DNA of 64,000 nucleotides. It comes from the human T2T-CHM13v2.0 reference genome, Homo sapiens. Positions 1 through 12,600 of the stretch are shown piece after piece. A model generated the notes under the pieces. That model did no database searches, was not told the DNA's origin, and saw only the letters and a program-made list of their open reading frames with translations. The DNA lies in assembly GCF_009914755.1 (NCBI RefSeq), contig NC_060928.1, one strand, 5' to 3'. A program made the translations under genes and the position numbers. The first letter of the stretch is position 1. The number at the start of each line of letters is the position of its first letter.

Positions 1-298
1 CATGTAACAGTGTTGAACCATCCTTTTGACAGAGCAGTTTTGAAACACTCTTTTTGTAGAATCTGCAAGTGGATATTTGGATAGCTTTGAGGATTTCGTT
101 GGAAACGGGATGACATATAATATCTAGAGAGAAGCATTCTCAGGAACTTCTTTGTGATGTTTGCATTCAAGTCACAGAATTGAACATTCCCTTTCATAGA
201 GCAGGTTTGAAACACTCTTTCTCTAGTATCTGGAAGTGGGCATTTCAAGCGCTTTCAGGCCTATGGAGAGAAAGGAAATACCTTCAAATAAAAACTAG
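1..298 (+). repeat. Partial unit (end of m3, then m4) joined directly to m1; tail of an extra 4-mer
   Basis: 1-298 is repeated 679 bp later (680-977). The monomer after it carries m1 alleles (cttggttttg, gatatgtgg) instead of m5 alleles. Confidence 0.85.
94..110 (+). promoter_or_regulatory. CENP-B box (first in the window; m3)
   Basis: tttcgttggaaacggga matches the 17-bp box with all core positions (nTTCGnnnnAnnCGGGn). Confidence 0.92.
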
Positions 299-2680
299 AC
301 AGAAGCATTCTCAGAAACTTATTTGTGATGTGTGTCCTCAACTAACAGAGTTGAACCTTGGTTTTGATACAGCATTTTGGAAACGCTCCTTTTGTAGAAT
401 CTGCAGGTGGATATGTGGATAGCTCTGAAGATTTCGTTGGAAACGGGAATTTCTTCATATAAAATCAAACAGAAGCATTCTCAGAAACTTCTCAGTGATG
501 TTTGCATTCAGCTCATGGAGTTGAACACTTCCTTTCTTAGAACCGGTTTGAAACACTCTTTCTGCACTACCTGGAAGAGGACATTTCGAGCGCTTTGAGT
601 CCTATGGTGAAAAAGGAAATATCTTCTCATAAAAACCAGAAAGAAGCATTCTCAGAAACTTCTTTGTGTTGTGTGTACTCATGTAACAGTGTTGAACCAT
701 CCTTTTGACAGAGCAGTTTTGAAACACTCTTTTTGTAGAATCTGCAAGTGGATATTTGGATAGCTTTGAGGATTTCGTTGGAAACGGGATGACATATAAT
801 ATCTAGAGAGAAGCATTCTCAGGAACTTCTTTGTGATGTTTGCATTCAAGTCACAGAATTGAACATTCCCTTTCATAGAGCAGGTTTGAAACACTCTTTC
901 TCTAGTATCTGGAAGTGGGCATTTCAAGCGCTTTCAGGCCTATGGAGAGAAAGGAAATACCTTCAAATAAAAACTAGACAGAAGCATTCTCAGAAACTTA
1001 TTTGTGATGTGTGTCCTCAACTAACAGAGTTGAACCTTTGTTTTGATACAGCATTTTGGAAACACTCCTTTTGTAGAATCTGCAGGTGGATATTTGGATA
1101 ACTTTGAAGATTTCATTGGAAACCGGAATATCTTCATATAAAATCAAGACAGAAGCATTCTCGGAAACATCTCTGTGATGTTTGCATTCAACTCAGTAGA
1201 GTTGAACACTTCCTTTCATAGAGCCGGTTTGAAACACTCTTTCTGCACTACCTGGAAGCGGACATTTCGAGCGCTTTGAGGCCTATGGTGAAAAAGGAAA
1301 TATCTTCTCATAAAAACCAGAAAGAAGCATTCTCAGAAACTTCTTTGTGTTGTGTGTACTCAAGTAACAGTGTTGAACCTTCCTTTTGACACAGCAGTTT
1401 TGAAACACTCTTTTGGTAGAATCTGCAAGTGGATATTTGGATAGCTTTGAGGATTTCGTTGGAAACGGGTTATCTTCATATAAAATCCAGACAGGAGCAT
1501 TCTCAGAAACTTCTTTGTGCTGCATGTCCTCAATTCACAGAGCTGAACCTTTGTTTGGATACAGCATTTTGGAAACATTCCTTTAGTAGAATCTGCAAGT
1601 TGATATTTAGATAGCTTTGAAGATTTCGTTGGAAACGGGAATATCTTCATAGAAAATCTAGACGGAAGCATTCTCAGAAACTGCTTTGTGATGTTTGCAT
1701 TCAAGTCACAGAGTTGAATATTCCCTTTTATAGAGTAGGTTTGAAACACTCTTTTGGCACTACCTGGAAGTGGATATTTCGAGCTCTTTGAGGCCTATGG
1801 TTAAAAGGAAATATCTTCCCATAAAAACTAGACAGAAGCCGTCTCAGAAACTTGTTTGTGATGTGTGTATTCAACTAACAGAGTTGAACATTTCTGTTAC
1901 AGAGCAATTTTAAAACACTCTTTTTGTGGAATCTGAAAGTGGATAATTGGATAGCTTTGTGGATTTCGTTGGAAACGGGATGACGTATAAAATCTAGAGA
2001 GAAGCATTCTCAGGAACTTCTTTGTGATGTTTGCATTCAAGTCACAGAATTGAACATTCCCTTTCATAGAGCAGGTTTGAAACACTCTTTCTCTAGTATC
2101 TGGAAGTGGGCATTTCAAGCGCTTTCAGGCCTATGGAGAGAAAGGAAATACCTTCAAATAAAAACTAGACAGAAGCATTCTCAGAAACTTATTTGTGATG
2201 TGTGTCCTCAACTAACAGAGTTGAACTTTTGTTTTGATACAGCATTTTGGAAACACTCCTTTTGTAGGATCTGCAGGTGGATATTTGGATAGATTTTAAG
2301 ATTTCGTTGGAAACGGGAGTTTCTTCATAGAAACTCAAGACAGATGCATTCTCAGAAACATCTCTGTGATGTTTGCATTCCACTCATAGATTTGAAAACT
2401 TCCTTTCATAGAGCAGGTTTGAAACACTCTTTTTGTAATATTTGGAAGTGGACATTTGCAGCGCTTTGAGGCCTATGGTGAAAAAGGAAATATCTTCTCA
2501 TAAAAACCAGAAACAAGCATTCTCAGAAACTTCTTTTTGATGTGTGTACTCAAGTAACAGAGTTGAACCTTCCTTTTGACACAGCAGTTTTGAAACAATC
2601 TTTTTGTAGAATCTGCAAGTGGATATTTGGATAGCTTTGAGGATTTCGTTGGAAACGGGATATCTTCATATAAAATCTAG
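299..2680 (+). repeat. 14-mer HOR variant (m1-m14, 2382 bp), copy 1
   Basis: Marker spacing 407->2789 = 2382; m14 is followed by m1, and m15-m19 are absent. Confidence 0.9.
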
Positions 2681-5062
2681 ACAGAAGCATTCTCAGAAAC
2701 TTATTTGTGATGTGTGTCCTCAACTAACAGAGTTGAACCTTGGTTTTGATACAGCATTTTGGAAACGCTCCTTTTGTAGAATCTGCAGGTGGATATGTGG
2801 ATAGCTCTGAAGATTTCGTTGGAAACGGGAATTTCTTCATATAAAATCAAACAGAAGCATTCTCAGAAACTTCTCAGTGATGTTTGCATTCAGCTCATGG
2901 AGTTGAACACTTCCTTTCTTAGAACCGGTTTGAAACACTCTTTCTGCACTACCTGGAAGAGGACATTTCGAGCGCTTTGAGTCCTATGGTGAAAAAGGAA
3001 ATATCTTCTCATAAAAACCAGAAAGAAGCATTCTCAGAAACTTCTTTGTGTTGTGTGTACTCATGTAACAGTGTTGAACCATCCTTTTGACAGAGCAGTT
3101 TTGAAACACTCTTTTTGTAGAATCTGCAAGTGGATATTTGGATAGCTTTGAGGATTTCGTTGGAAACGGGATGACATATAATATCTAGAGAGAAGCATTC
3201 TCAGGAACTTCTTTGTGATGTTTGCATTCAAGTCACAGAATTGAACATTCCCTTTCATAGAGCAGGTTTGAAACACTCTTTCTCTAGTATCTGGAAGTGG
3301 GCATTTCAAGCGCTTTCAGGCCTATGGAGAGAAAGGAAATACCTTCAAATAAAAACTAGACAGAAGCATTCTCAGAAACTTATTTGTGATGTGTGTCCTC
3401 AACTAACAGAGTTGAACCTTTGTTTTGATACAGCATTTTGGAAACACTCCTTTTGTAGAATCTGCAGGTGGATATTTGGATAACTTTGAAGATTTCATTG
3501 GAAACCGGAATATCTTCATATAAAATCAAGACAGAAGCATTCTCGGAAACATCTCTGTGATGTTTGCATTCAACTCAGTAGAGTTGAACACTTCCTTTCA
3601 TAGAGCCGGTTTGAAACACTCTTTCTGCACTACCTGGAAGCGGACATTTCGAGCGCTTTGAGGCCTATGGTGAAAAAGGAAATATCTTCTCATAAAAACC
3701 AGAAAGAAGCATTCTCAGAAACTTCTTTGTGTTGTGTGTACTCAAGTAACAGTGTTGAACCTTCCTTTTGACACAGCAGTTTTGAAACACTCTTTTGGTA
3801 GAATCTGCAAGTGGATATTTGGATAGCTTTGAGGATTTCGTTGGAAACGGGTTATCTTCATATAAAATCCAGACAGGAGCATTCTCAGAAACTTCTTTGT
3901 GCTGCATGTCCTCAATTCACAGAGCTGAACCTTTGTTTGGATACAGCATTTTGGAAACATTCCTTTAGTAGAATCTGCAAGTTGATATTTAGATAGCTTT
4001 GAAGATTTCGTTGGAAACGGGAATATCTTCATAGAAAATCTAGACGGAAGCATTCTCAGAAACTGCTTTGTGATGTTTGCATTCAAGTCACAGAGTTGAA
4101 TATTCCCTTTTATAGAGTAGGTTTGAAACACTCTTTTGGCACTACCTGGAAGTGGATATTTCGAGCTCTTTGAGGCCTATGGTTAAAAGGAAATATCTTC
4201 CCATAAAAACTAGACAGAAGCCGTCTCAGAAACTTGTTTGTGATGTGTGTATTCAACTAACAGAGTTGAACATTTCTGTTACAGAGCAATTTTAAAACAC
4301 TCTTTTTGTGGAATCTGAAAGTGGATAATTGGATAGCTTTGTGGATTTCGTTGGAAACGGGATGACGTATAAAATCTAGAGAGAAGCATTCTCAGGAACT
4401 TCTTTGTGATGTTTGCATTCAAGTCACAGAATTGAACATTCCCTTTCATAGAGCAGGTTTGAAACACTCTTTCTCTAGTATCTGGAAGTGGGCATTTCAA
4501 GCGCTTTCAGGCCTATGGAGAGAAAGGAAATACCTTCAAATAAAAACTAGACAGAAGCATTCTCAGAAACTTATTTGTGATGTGTGTCCTCAACTAACAG
4601 AGTTGAACTTTTGTTTTGATACAGCATTTTGGAAACACTCCTTTTGTAGGATCTGCAGGTGGATATTTGGATAGATTTTAAGATTTCGTTGGAAACGGGA
4701 GTTTCTTCATAGAAACTCAAGACAGATGCATTCTCAGAAACATCTCTGTGATGTTTGCATTCCACTCATAGATTTGAAAACTTCCTTTCATAGAGCAGGT
4801 TTGAAACACTCTTTTTGTAATATTTGGAAGTGGACATTTGCAGCGCTTTGAGGCCTATGGTGAAAAAGGAAATATCTTCTCATAAAAACCAGAAACAAGC
4901 ATTCTCAGAAACTTCTTTTTGATGTGTGTACTCAAGTAACAGAGTTGAACCTTCCTTTTGACACAGCAGTTTTGAAACAATCTTTTTGTAGAATCTGCAA
5001 GTGGATATTTGGATAGCTTTGAGGATTTCGTTGGAAACGGGATATCTTCATATAAAATCTAG
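2681..5062 (+). repeat. 14-mer HOR variant (m1-m14, 2382 bp), copy 2
   Basis: ORFs 407-2619 recur at +2382. Shares private SNPs with copy 1 (cctttcttag ~537/2919; ctcttttggcac ~1755/4137). Confidence 0.9.
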
Positions 5063-6420
5063 ACAGAAGCATTCTCAGAAACTTATTTGTGATGTGTGTC
5101 CTCAACTAACAGAGTTGAACCTTGGTTTTGATACAGCATTTTGGAAACACTCCTTTTGTAGGATCTGCAGGTGGATATTTGGATAGATTTTAAGATTTCG
5201 TTGGAAACGGGAGTTTCTTCATAGAAACTCAAGACAGATGCATTCTCAGAAACATCTCTGTGATGTTTGCATTCCACTCATAGAGTTGAAAACTTCCTTT
5301 CATAGAGCAGGTTTGAAACACTCTTTTTGTAATATTTGGAAGTGGACATTTGTAGCACTTTGAGGCCTATGGTGAAAAAGGAAATATCTTCTCATAAAAA
5401 CCAGAAACAAGCATTCTCAGAAACTTCTTTTTGATGTGTGTACTCAAGTAACAGAGTTGAACCTTCCTTTTGACACAGCAGTTTTGAAACAATCTTTTTG
5501 TAGAATCTGCAAGTGGATATTTGGATAGCTTTGAGGATTTCGTTGGAAACGGGATATCTTCATATAAAATCTAGACAGAAGCATTCTCAGAAACTTCTTT
5601 GTGCTGTATGCCCTCAATTAACAGAGTTAAACCATTGGATACAGCATTTTGGAAACATTCCTTGAGTAGAATCTGCAAGTTGATATTTAGATAGATTTGA
5701 AGATTTCGTTGGAAAAGGGAATATCTCCATATAAAATCTAGAGGGAAGCATTCTCAGAAACTGCTTTGTGATGTTTCCATTCAAGTCACAGAGTTGAATA
5801 TTCCCTTTTATAGAGCACGTTTGAAACACTCTTTCTGCACTATCTGGAAGTGGACATTTCGAGCGCTTTGAGGCCTATGGTGAAAAAGGAAATATCTTCC
5901 CATAAAAACTAGACAGAAGCATTCTCAGAAACTTGTTTGTGATGTGTGTATTCAACTAACAGAGTTGAACTTTTGTTTTTACAGAGCCGTTTTAAAACAC
6001 TCTTTTTGTGGAATCAGAAAGTGGATATTCGGATGGCTCTGAGGATTTCGTTGGAAGCGGGATTACATATAAAATCTAGAGAGAAGCATTCTCAGGAACT
6101 TCTTTGTGATGTTTGCATTGAAGTCACAGAATTGAACATTCACTTTGATAGAGCAGGTTTGAAACACTCATTCTGTAGTATCTGGAACTGGACATTTCAA
6201 GCGCTTTCAGGCCTATGGTGAGAAAGGAAATATCTTCGAATAAAAACTAGACAGAAGCATCCTCAGAAACTTATTTGTGATGTGTGTCCTCAACTAACAG
6301 AGTTGAAACTTTGTTTTGATACAGCATTTTGGAAACACTCTTTTTGTAGAATCTGCAGGTGGATATTTGGATAGCTTAGAGGGATTCGTTGGAAAGGGGA
6401 TATCTTCATATAAAATCTAG
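5063..6420 (+). repeat. 8-mer HOR variant (hybrid m1/m12, then m13-m19; 1358 bp)
   Basis: The first monomer begins m1-like (cttggttttg, 5121) and ends m12-like (taggatctgc...agattttaag...gggagtttc). Confidence 0.85.
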
Positions 6421-9400
6421 ACAGAAGCATTCTCAGAAACTTATTTGTGATGTGTGTCCTCAACTAACAGAGTTGAACCTTGGTTTTGATACAGCATTTT
6501 GGAAACGCTCCTTTTGTAGAATCTGCAGGTGGATATGTGGATAGCTCTGAAGATTTCGTTGGAAACGGGAATTTCTTCATATAAAATCAAACAGAAGCAT
6601 TCTCAGAAACTTCTCAGTGATGTTTGCATTCAGCTCATGGAGTTGAACACTTCCTTTCATAGAGCCGGTTTGAAACACTCTTTCTGCACTACCTGGAAGA
6701 GGACATTTCGAGCGCTTTGAGTCCTATGGTGAAAAAGGAAATATCTTCTCATAAAAACCAGAAAGAAGCATTCTCAGAAACTACTTTGTGTTGTGTGTAC
6801 TCATGTAACAGTGTTGAACCATCCTTTTGACAGAGCAGTTTTGAAACACTCTTTTTGTAGAATCTGCAAGTGGATATTTGGATAGCTTTGAGGATTTCGT
6901 TGGAAACGGGATGACATATAATCTCTAGAGAGAAGCATACTCAGGAACTTCTTTGTGATGTTTGCATTCAAGTCACAGAATTGAACATTCCCTTTCATAG
7001 AGCAGGTTTGAAACACTCTTTCTCTAGTATCTGGAAGTGGGCATTTCAAGCGCTTTCAGGCCTATGGAGAGAAAGGAAATACCTTCAAATAAAAACTAGA
7101 CAGAAGCATTCTCAGAAACTTATTTGTGATGTGTGTCCTCAACTAACAGAGTTGAACCTTTGTTTTGATACAGCATTTTGGAAACACTCCTTTTGTAGAA
7201 TCTGCAGGTGGATATTTGGATAACTTTGAAGATTTCATTGGAAACCGGAATATCTTCATATAAAATCAAGACAGAAGCATTCTCGGAAACATCTGTGTGA
7301 TGTTTGCATTCAACTCAGTAGAGTTGAACACTTCCTTTCATAGAGCCGGTTTGAAACACTCTTTCTGCACTACCTGGAAGCGGACATTTCGAGCGCTTTG
7401 AGGCCTATGGTGAAAAAGGAAATATCTTCTCATAAAAACCAGAAAGAAGCATTCTCAGAAACTTCTTTGTGTTGTGTGTACTCAAGTAACAGTGTTGAAC
7501 CTTCCTTTTGACACAGCAGTTTTGAAACACTCTTTTGGTAGAATCTGCAAGTGGATATTTGGATAGCTTTGAGGATTTCGTTGGAAACGGGTTATCTTCA
7601 TATAAAATCCAGACAGGAGCATTCTCAGAAACTTCTTTGTGCTGCATGTCCTCAATTCACAGAGCTGAACCTTTGTTTGGATACAGCATTTTGGAAACAT
7701 TCCTTTAGTAGAATCTGCAAGTTGATATTTAGATAGCTTTGAAGATTTCGTTGGAAACGGGAATATCTTCATAGAAAATCTAGACGGAAGCATTCTCAGA
7801 AACTGCTTTGTGATGTTTGCATTCAAGTCACAGAGTTGAATATTCCCTTTTATAGAGTAGGTTTGAAACACTCTTTCGGCACTACCTGGAAGTGGATATT
7901 TCGAGCTCTTTGAGGCATATGGTTAAAAGGAAATATCTTCCCATAAAAACTAGACAGAAGCCGTCTCAGAAACTTGTTTGTGATGTGTGTATTCAACTAA
8001 CAGAGTTGAACATTTCTGTTACAGAGCAATTTTAAAACACTCTTTTTGTGGAATCTGAAAGTGGATAATTGGATAGCTTTGTGGATTTCGTTGGAAACGG
8101 GATGACGTATAAAATCTAGAGAGAAGCATTCTCAGGAACTTCTTTGTGATGTTTGCATTCAAGTCACAGAATTGAACATTCCCTTTCATAGAGCAGGTTT
8201 GAAACACTCTTTCTCTAGTATCTGGAAGTGGGCATTTCAAGCGCTTTCAGGCCTATGGAGAGAAAGGAAATACCTTCAAATAAAAACTAGACAGAAGCAT
8301 TCTCAGAAACTTATTTGTGATGTGTGTCCTCAACTAACAGAGTTGAACTTTTGTTTTGATACAGCATTTTGGAAACACTCCTTTTGTAGGATCTGCAGGT
8401 GGATATTTGGATAGATTTTAAGATTTCGTTGGAAACGGGAGTTTCTTCATAGAAACTCAAGACAGATGCATTCTCAGAAACATCTCTGTGATGTTTGCAT
8501 TCCACTCATAGATTTGAAAACTTCCTTTCATAGAGCAGGTTTGAAACACTCTTTTTGTAATATTTGGAAGTGGACATTTGCAGCGCTTTGAGGCCTATGG
8601 TGAAAAAGGAAATATCTTCTCATAAAAACCAGAAACAAGCATTCTCAGAAACTTCTTTTTGATGTGTGTACTCAAGTAACAGAGTTGAACCTTCCTTTTG
8701 ACACAGCAGTTTTGAAACAATCTTTTTGTAGAATCTGCAAGTGGATATTTGGATAGCTTTGAGGATTTCGTTGGAAACGGGATATCTTCATATAAAATCT
8801 AGACAGAAGCATTCTCAGAAACTTCTTTGTGCTGTATGTCCTCAATTAACAGAGTTGAACCATTGCTTGGATACAGCATTTTGGAAACATTCCTTGAGTA
8901 GAATCTGCAAGTTGATATTTAGATAGATTTGAAGATTTCGTTGGAAAAGGGAATATCCCCATATAAAATCTAGAGGGAAGCATTCTCAGAAACTGCTTTG
9001 TGATGTTTCCATTCAAGTCACAGAGTTGAATATTCCCTTTTATAGAGCACGTTTGAAACACTCTTTCTGCACTATCTGGAAGTGGACATTTCGAGCGCTT
9101 TGAGGCCTATGGTGAAAAAGGAAATATCTTCCCATAAAAACGAGACAGAAGCATTCTCAGAAACTTGTTTGTGATGTGTGTATTCAACTAACAGAGTTGA
9201 ACTTTTGTTTTTACAGAGCCGTTTTAAAACACTCTTTTTGTGGAATCAGAAAGTGGATATTCGGATGGCTCTGAGGATTTCGTTGGAAGCGGGATTACAT
9301 ATAAAATCTAGAGAGAAGCATTCTCAGGAACTTCTTTGTGATGTTTGCATTGAAGTCACAGAATTGAACATTCACTTTGATAGAGCAGGTTTGAAACACT

Positions 9401-9652
9401 CATTCTGTAGTATCTGGAAGTGGACATTTCAAGCGCTTTCAGGCCTATGGTGAGAAAGGAAATATCTTCGAATAAAAACTAGACAGAAGCATCCTCAGAA
9501 ACTTATTTGTGATGTGTGTCCTCAACTAACAGAGTTGAAACTTTGTTTTGATACAGCATTTTGGAAACACTCTTTTTGTAGAATCTGCAGGTGGATATTT
9601 GGATAGCTTAGAGGGATTCGTTGGAAAGGGGATATCTTCATATAAAATCTAG
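6421..9652 (+). repeat. 19-mer HOR, 3232 bp, converted m11/m12 haplotype (R)
   Basis: Spacing 6529->9761; m11 carries m4 alleles (ctctagt, gtgggcatt, ggagagaaaggaaatacc). Confidence 0.9.
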
Positions 9653-12600
9653 ACAGAAGCATTCTCAGAAACTTATTTGTGATGTGTGTCCTCAACTAAC
9701 AGAGTTGAACCTTGGTTTTGATACAGCATTTTGGAAACACTCCTTTTGTAGAATCTGCAGGTGGATATGTGGATAGCTCTGAAGATTTCGTTGGAAACGG
9801 GAATTTCTTCATATAAAATCAAACAGAAGCATTCTCAGAAACTTCTCAGTGATGTTTGCATTCAGCTCATGGAGTTGAACACTTCCTTTCATAGAGCCGG
9901 TTTGAAACACTCTTTCTGCACTACCTGGAAGAGGACATTTCGAGCGCTTTGAGTCCTATGGTGAAAAAGGAAATATCTTCTCATAAAAACCAGAAAGAAG
10001 CATTCTCAGAAACTACTTTGTGTTGTGTGTACTCATGTAACAGTGTTGAACCATCCTTTTGACAGAGCAGTTTTGAAACACTCTTTTTGTAGAATCTGCA
10101 AGTGGATATTTGGATAGCTTTGAGGATTTCGTTGGAAACGGGATGACATATAATATCTAGAGAGAAGCATTCTCAGGAACTTCTTTGTGATGTTTGCATT
10201 CAAGTCACAGAATTGAACATTCCCTTTCATAGAGCAGGTTTGAAACACTCTTTCTCTAGTATCTGGAAGTGGGCATTTCAAGCGCTTTCAGGCCTATGGA
10301 GAGAAAGGAAATACCTTCAAATAAAAACTAGACAGAAGCATTCTCAGAAACTTATTTGTGATGTGTGTCCTCAACTAACAGAGTTGAACCTTTGTTTTGA
10401 TACAGCATTTTGGAAACACTCCTTTTGTAGAATCTGCAGGTGGATATTTGGATAACTTTGAAGATTTCGTTGGAAACCGGAATATCTTCATATAAAATCA
10501 AGACAGAAGCATTCTCGGAAACATCTCTGTGATGTTTGCATTCAACTCAGTAGAGTTGAACACTTCCTTTCATAGAGCCGGTTTGAAACACTCTTTCTGC
10601 ACTACCTGGAAGCGGACATTTCGAGCGCTTTGAGGCCTATGGTGAAAAAGGAAATATCTTCTCATAAAAACCAGAAAGAAGCATTCTCAGAAACTTCTTT
10701 GTGTTGTGTGTACTCAAGTAACAGTGTTGAACCTTCCTTTTGACACAGCAGTTTTGAAACACTCTTTTGGTAGAATCTGCAAGTGGATATTTGGATAGCT
10801 TTGAGGATTTCGTTGGAAACGGGTTATCTTCATATAAAATCCAGACAGGAGCATTCTCAGAAACTTCTTTGTGCTGCATGTCCTCAATTCACAGAGCTGA
10901 ACCTTTGTTTGGATACAGCATTTTGGAAACATTCCTTTAGTAGAATCTGCAAGTTGATATTTAGATAGCTTTGAAGATTTCGTTGGAAACGGGAATATCT
11001 TCATAGAAAATCTAGACGGAAGCATTCTCAGAAACTGCTTTGTGATGTTTGCATTCAAGTCACAGAGTTGAATATTCCCTTTTATAGAGTAGGTTTGAAA
11101 CACTCTTTCGGCACTACCTGGAAGTGGATATTTCGAGCTCTTTGAGGCCTATGGTTAAAAGGAAATATCTTCCCATAAAAACTAGACAGAAGCCGTCTCA
11201 GAAACTTGTTTGTGATGTGTGTATTCAACTAACAGAGTTGAACATTTCTGTTACAGAGCAATTTTAAAACACTCTTTTTGTGGAATCTGAAAGTGGATAA
11301 TTGGATAGCTTTGTGGATTTCGTTGGAAACGGGATGACATATAAAATCTAGAGAGAAGCATTCTCAGGAACTTCTTTCTGATGTTTGCATTCAAGTCACA
11401 GAATTGAACATTCCTTTTCATAGTGCAGGTTTGAAACACTCTTTCTGTAGTATCTGGAAGTGGACATTTCAAGCGCTTTCAGGCCTACGGGGAGAAAGGA
11501 AATATCTTCAAATAAAAACTAGACAGAAGGATTCTCAGAAACTTATTTGTGATGTGTGTCCTAAACGAACACAGTTGAACCTTTGTTTTGATACAGCATT
11601 TTGGAAACACTCCTTTTGTAGGATCTGCAGGTGGATATTTGGATAGATTTTAAGATTTCGTTGGAAACGGGAGTTTCTTCATAGAAACTCAAGACAGATG
11701 CATTCTCAGAAACATCTCTGTGATGTTTGCATTCCACTCATAGAGTTGAAAACTTCCTTTCATAGAGCAGGTTTGAAACACTCTTTTTGTAATATTTGGA
11801 AGTGGACATTTGCAGCACTTTGAGGCCTATGGTGAAAAAGGAAATATCTTCTCATAAAAACCAGAAACAAGCATTCTCAGAAACTTCTTTTTGATGTGTG
11901 TACTCAAGTAACAGAGTTGAACCTTCCTTTTGACACAGCAGTTTTGAAACAATCTTTTTGTAGAATCTGCAAGTTGATATTTAGATAGATTTGAAGATTT
12001 CGTTGGAAAAGGGAATATCTCCATATAAAATCTAGAGGGAAGCATTCTCAGAAACTGCTTTGTGATGTTTCCATTCAAGTCACAGAGTTGAATATTCCCT
12101 TTTATAGAGCACGTTTGAAACACTCTTTCTGCACTATCTGGAAGTGGACATTTCGAGCGCTTTGAGGCCTATGGTGAAAAAGGAAATATCTTCCCATAAA
12201 AACTAGACAGAAGCATTCTCAGAAACTTGTTTGTGATGTGTGTATTCAACTAACAGAGTTGAACTTTTGTTTTTACAGAGCCGTTTTAAAACACTCTTTT
12301 TGTGGAATCAGAAAGTGGATATTCGGATGGCTCTGAGGATTTCGTTGGAAGCGGGATTACATATAAAATCTAGAGAGAAGCATTCTCAGGAACTTCTTTG
12401 TGATGTTTGCTTTGAAGTCACAGAATTGAACATTCACTTTGATAGAGCAGGTTTGAAACACTCATTCTGTAGTATCTGGAAGTGGACATTTCAAGCGCTT
12501 TCAGGCCTATGGTGAGAAAGGAAATATCTTCGAATAAAAACTAGACAGAAGCATCCTCAGAAACTTATTTGTGATGTGTGTCCTCAACTAACAGAGTTGA

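Noticed and set aside
202-260. Short dyads (gtttgaaac, aagcgctt, tctaga) as hairpins or terminators
   Set aside because: Arms are only 3-5 bp and generic to alpha satellite; any non-B DNA role cannot be judged from sequence alone.
859-1101. Cys/His-rich translation ('CDVC...H', 'CRIC') resembling a zinc finger
   Set aside because: It arises from the tgtgatgtgtgt satellite motif and lacks C2H2 spacing and linkers.
1136-1143. TATA-like 'tataaaa' motifs in B monomers
   Set aside because: They are part of the monomer consensus; there is no sequence evidence of promoter function.
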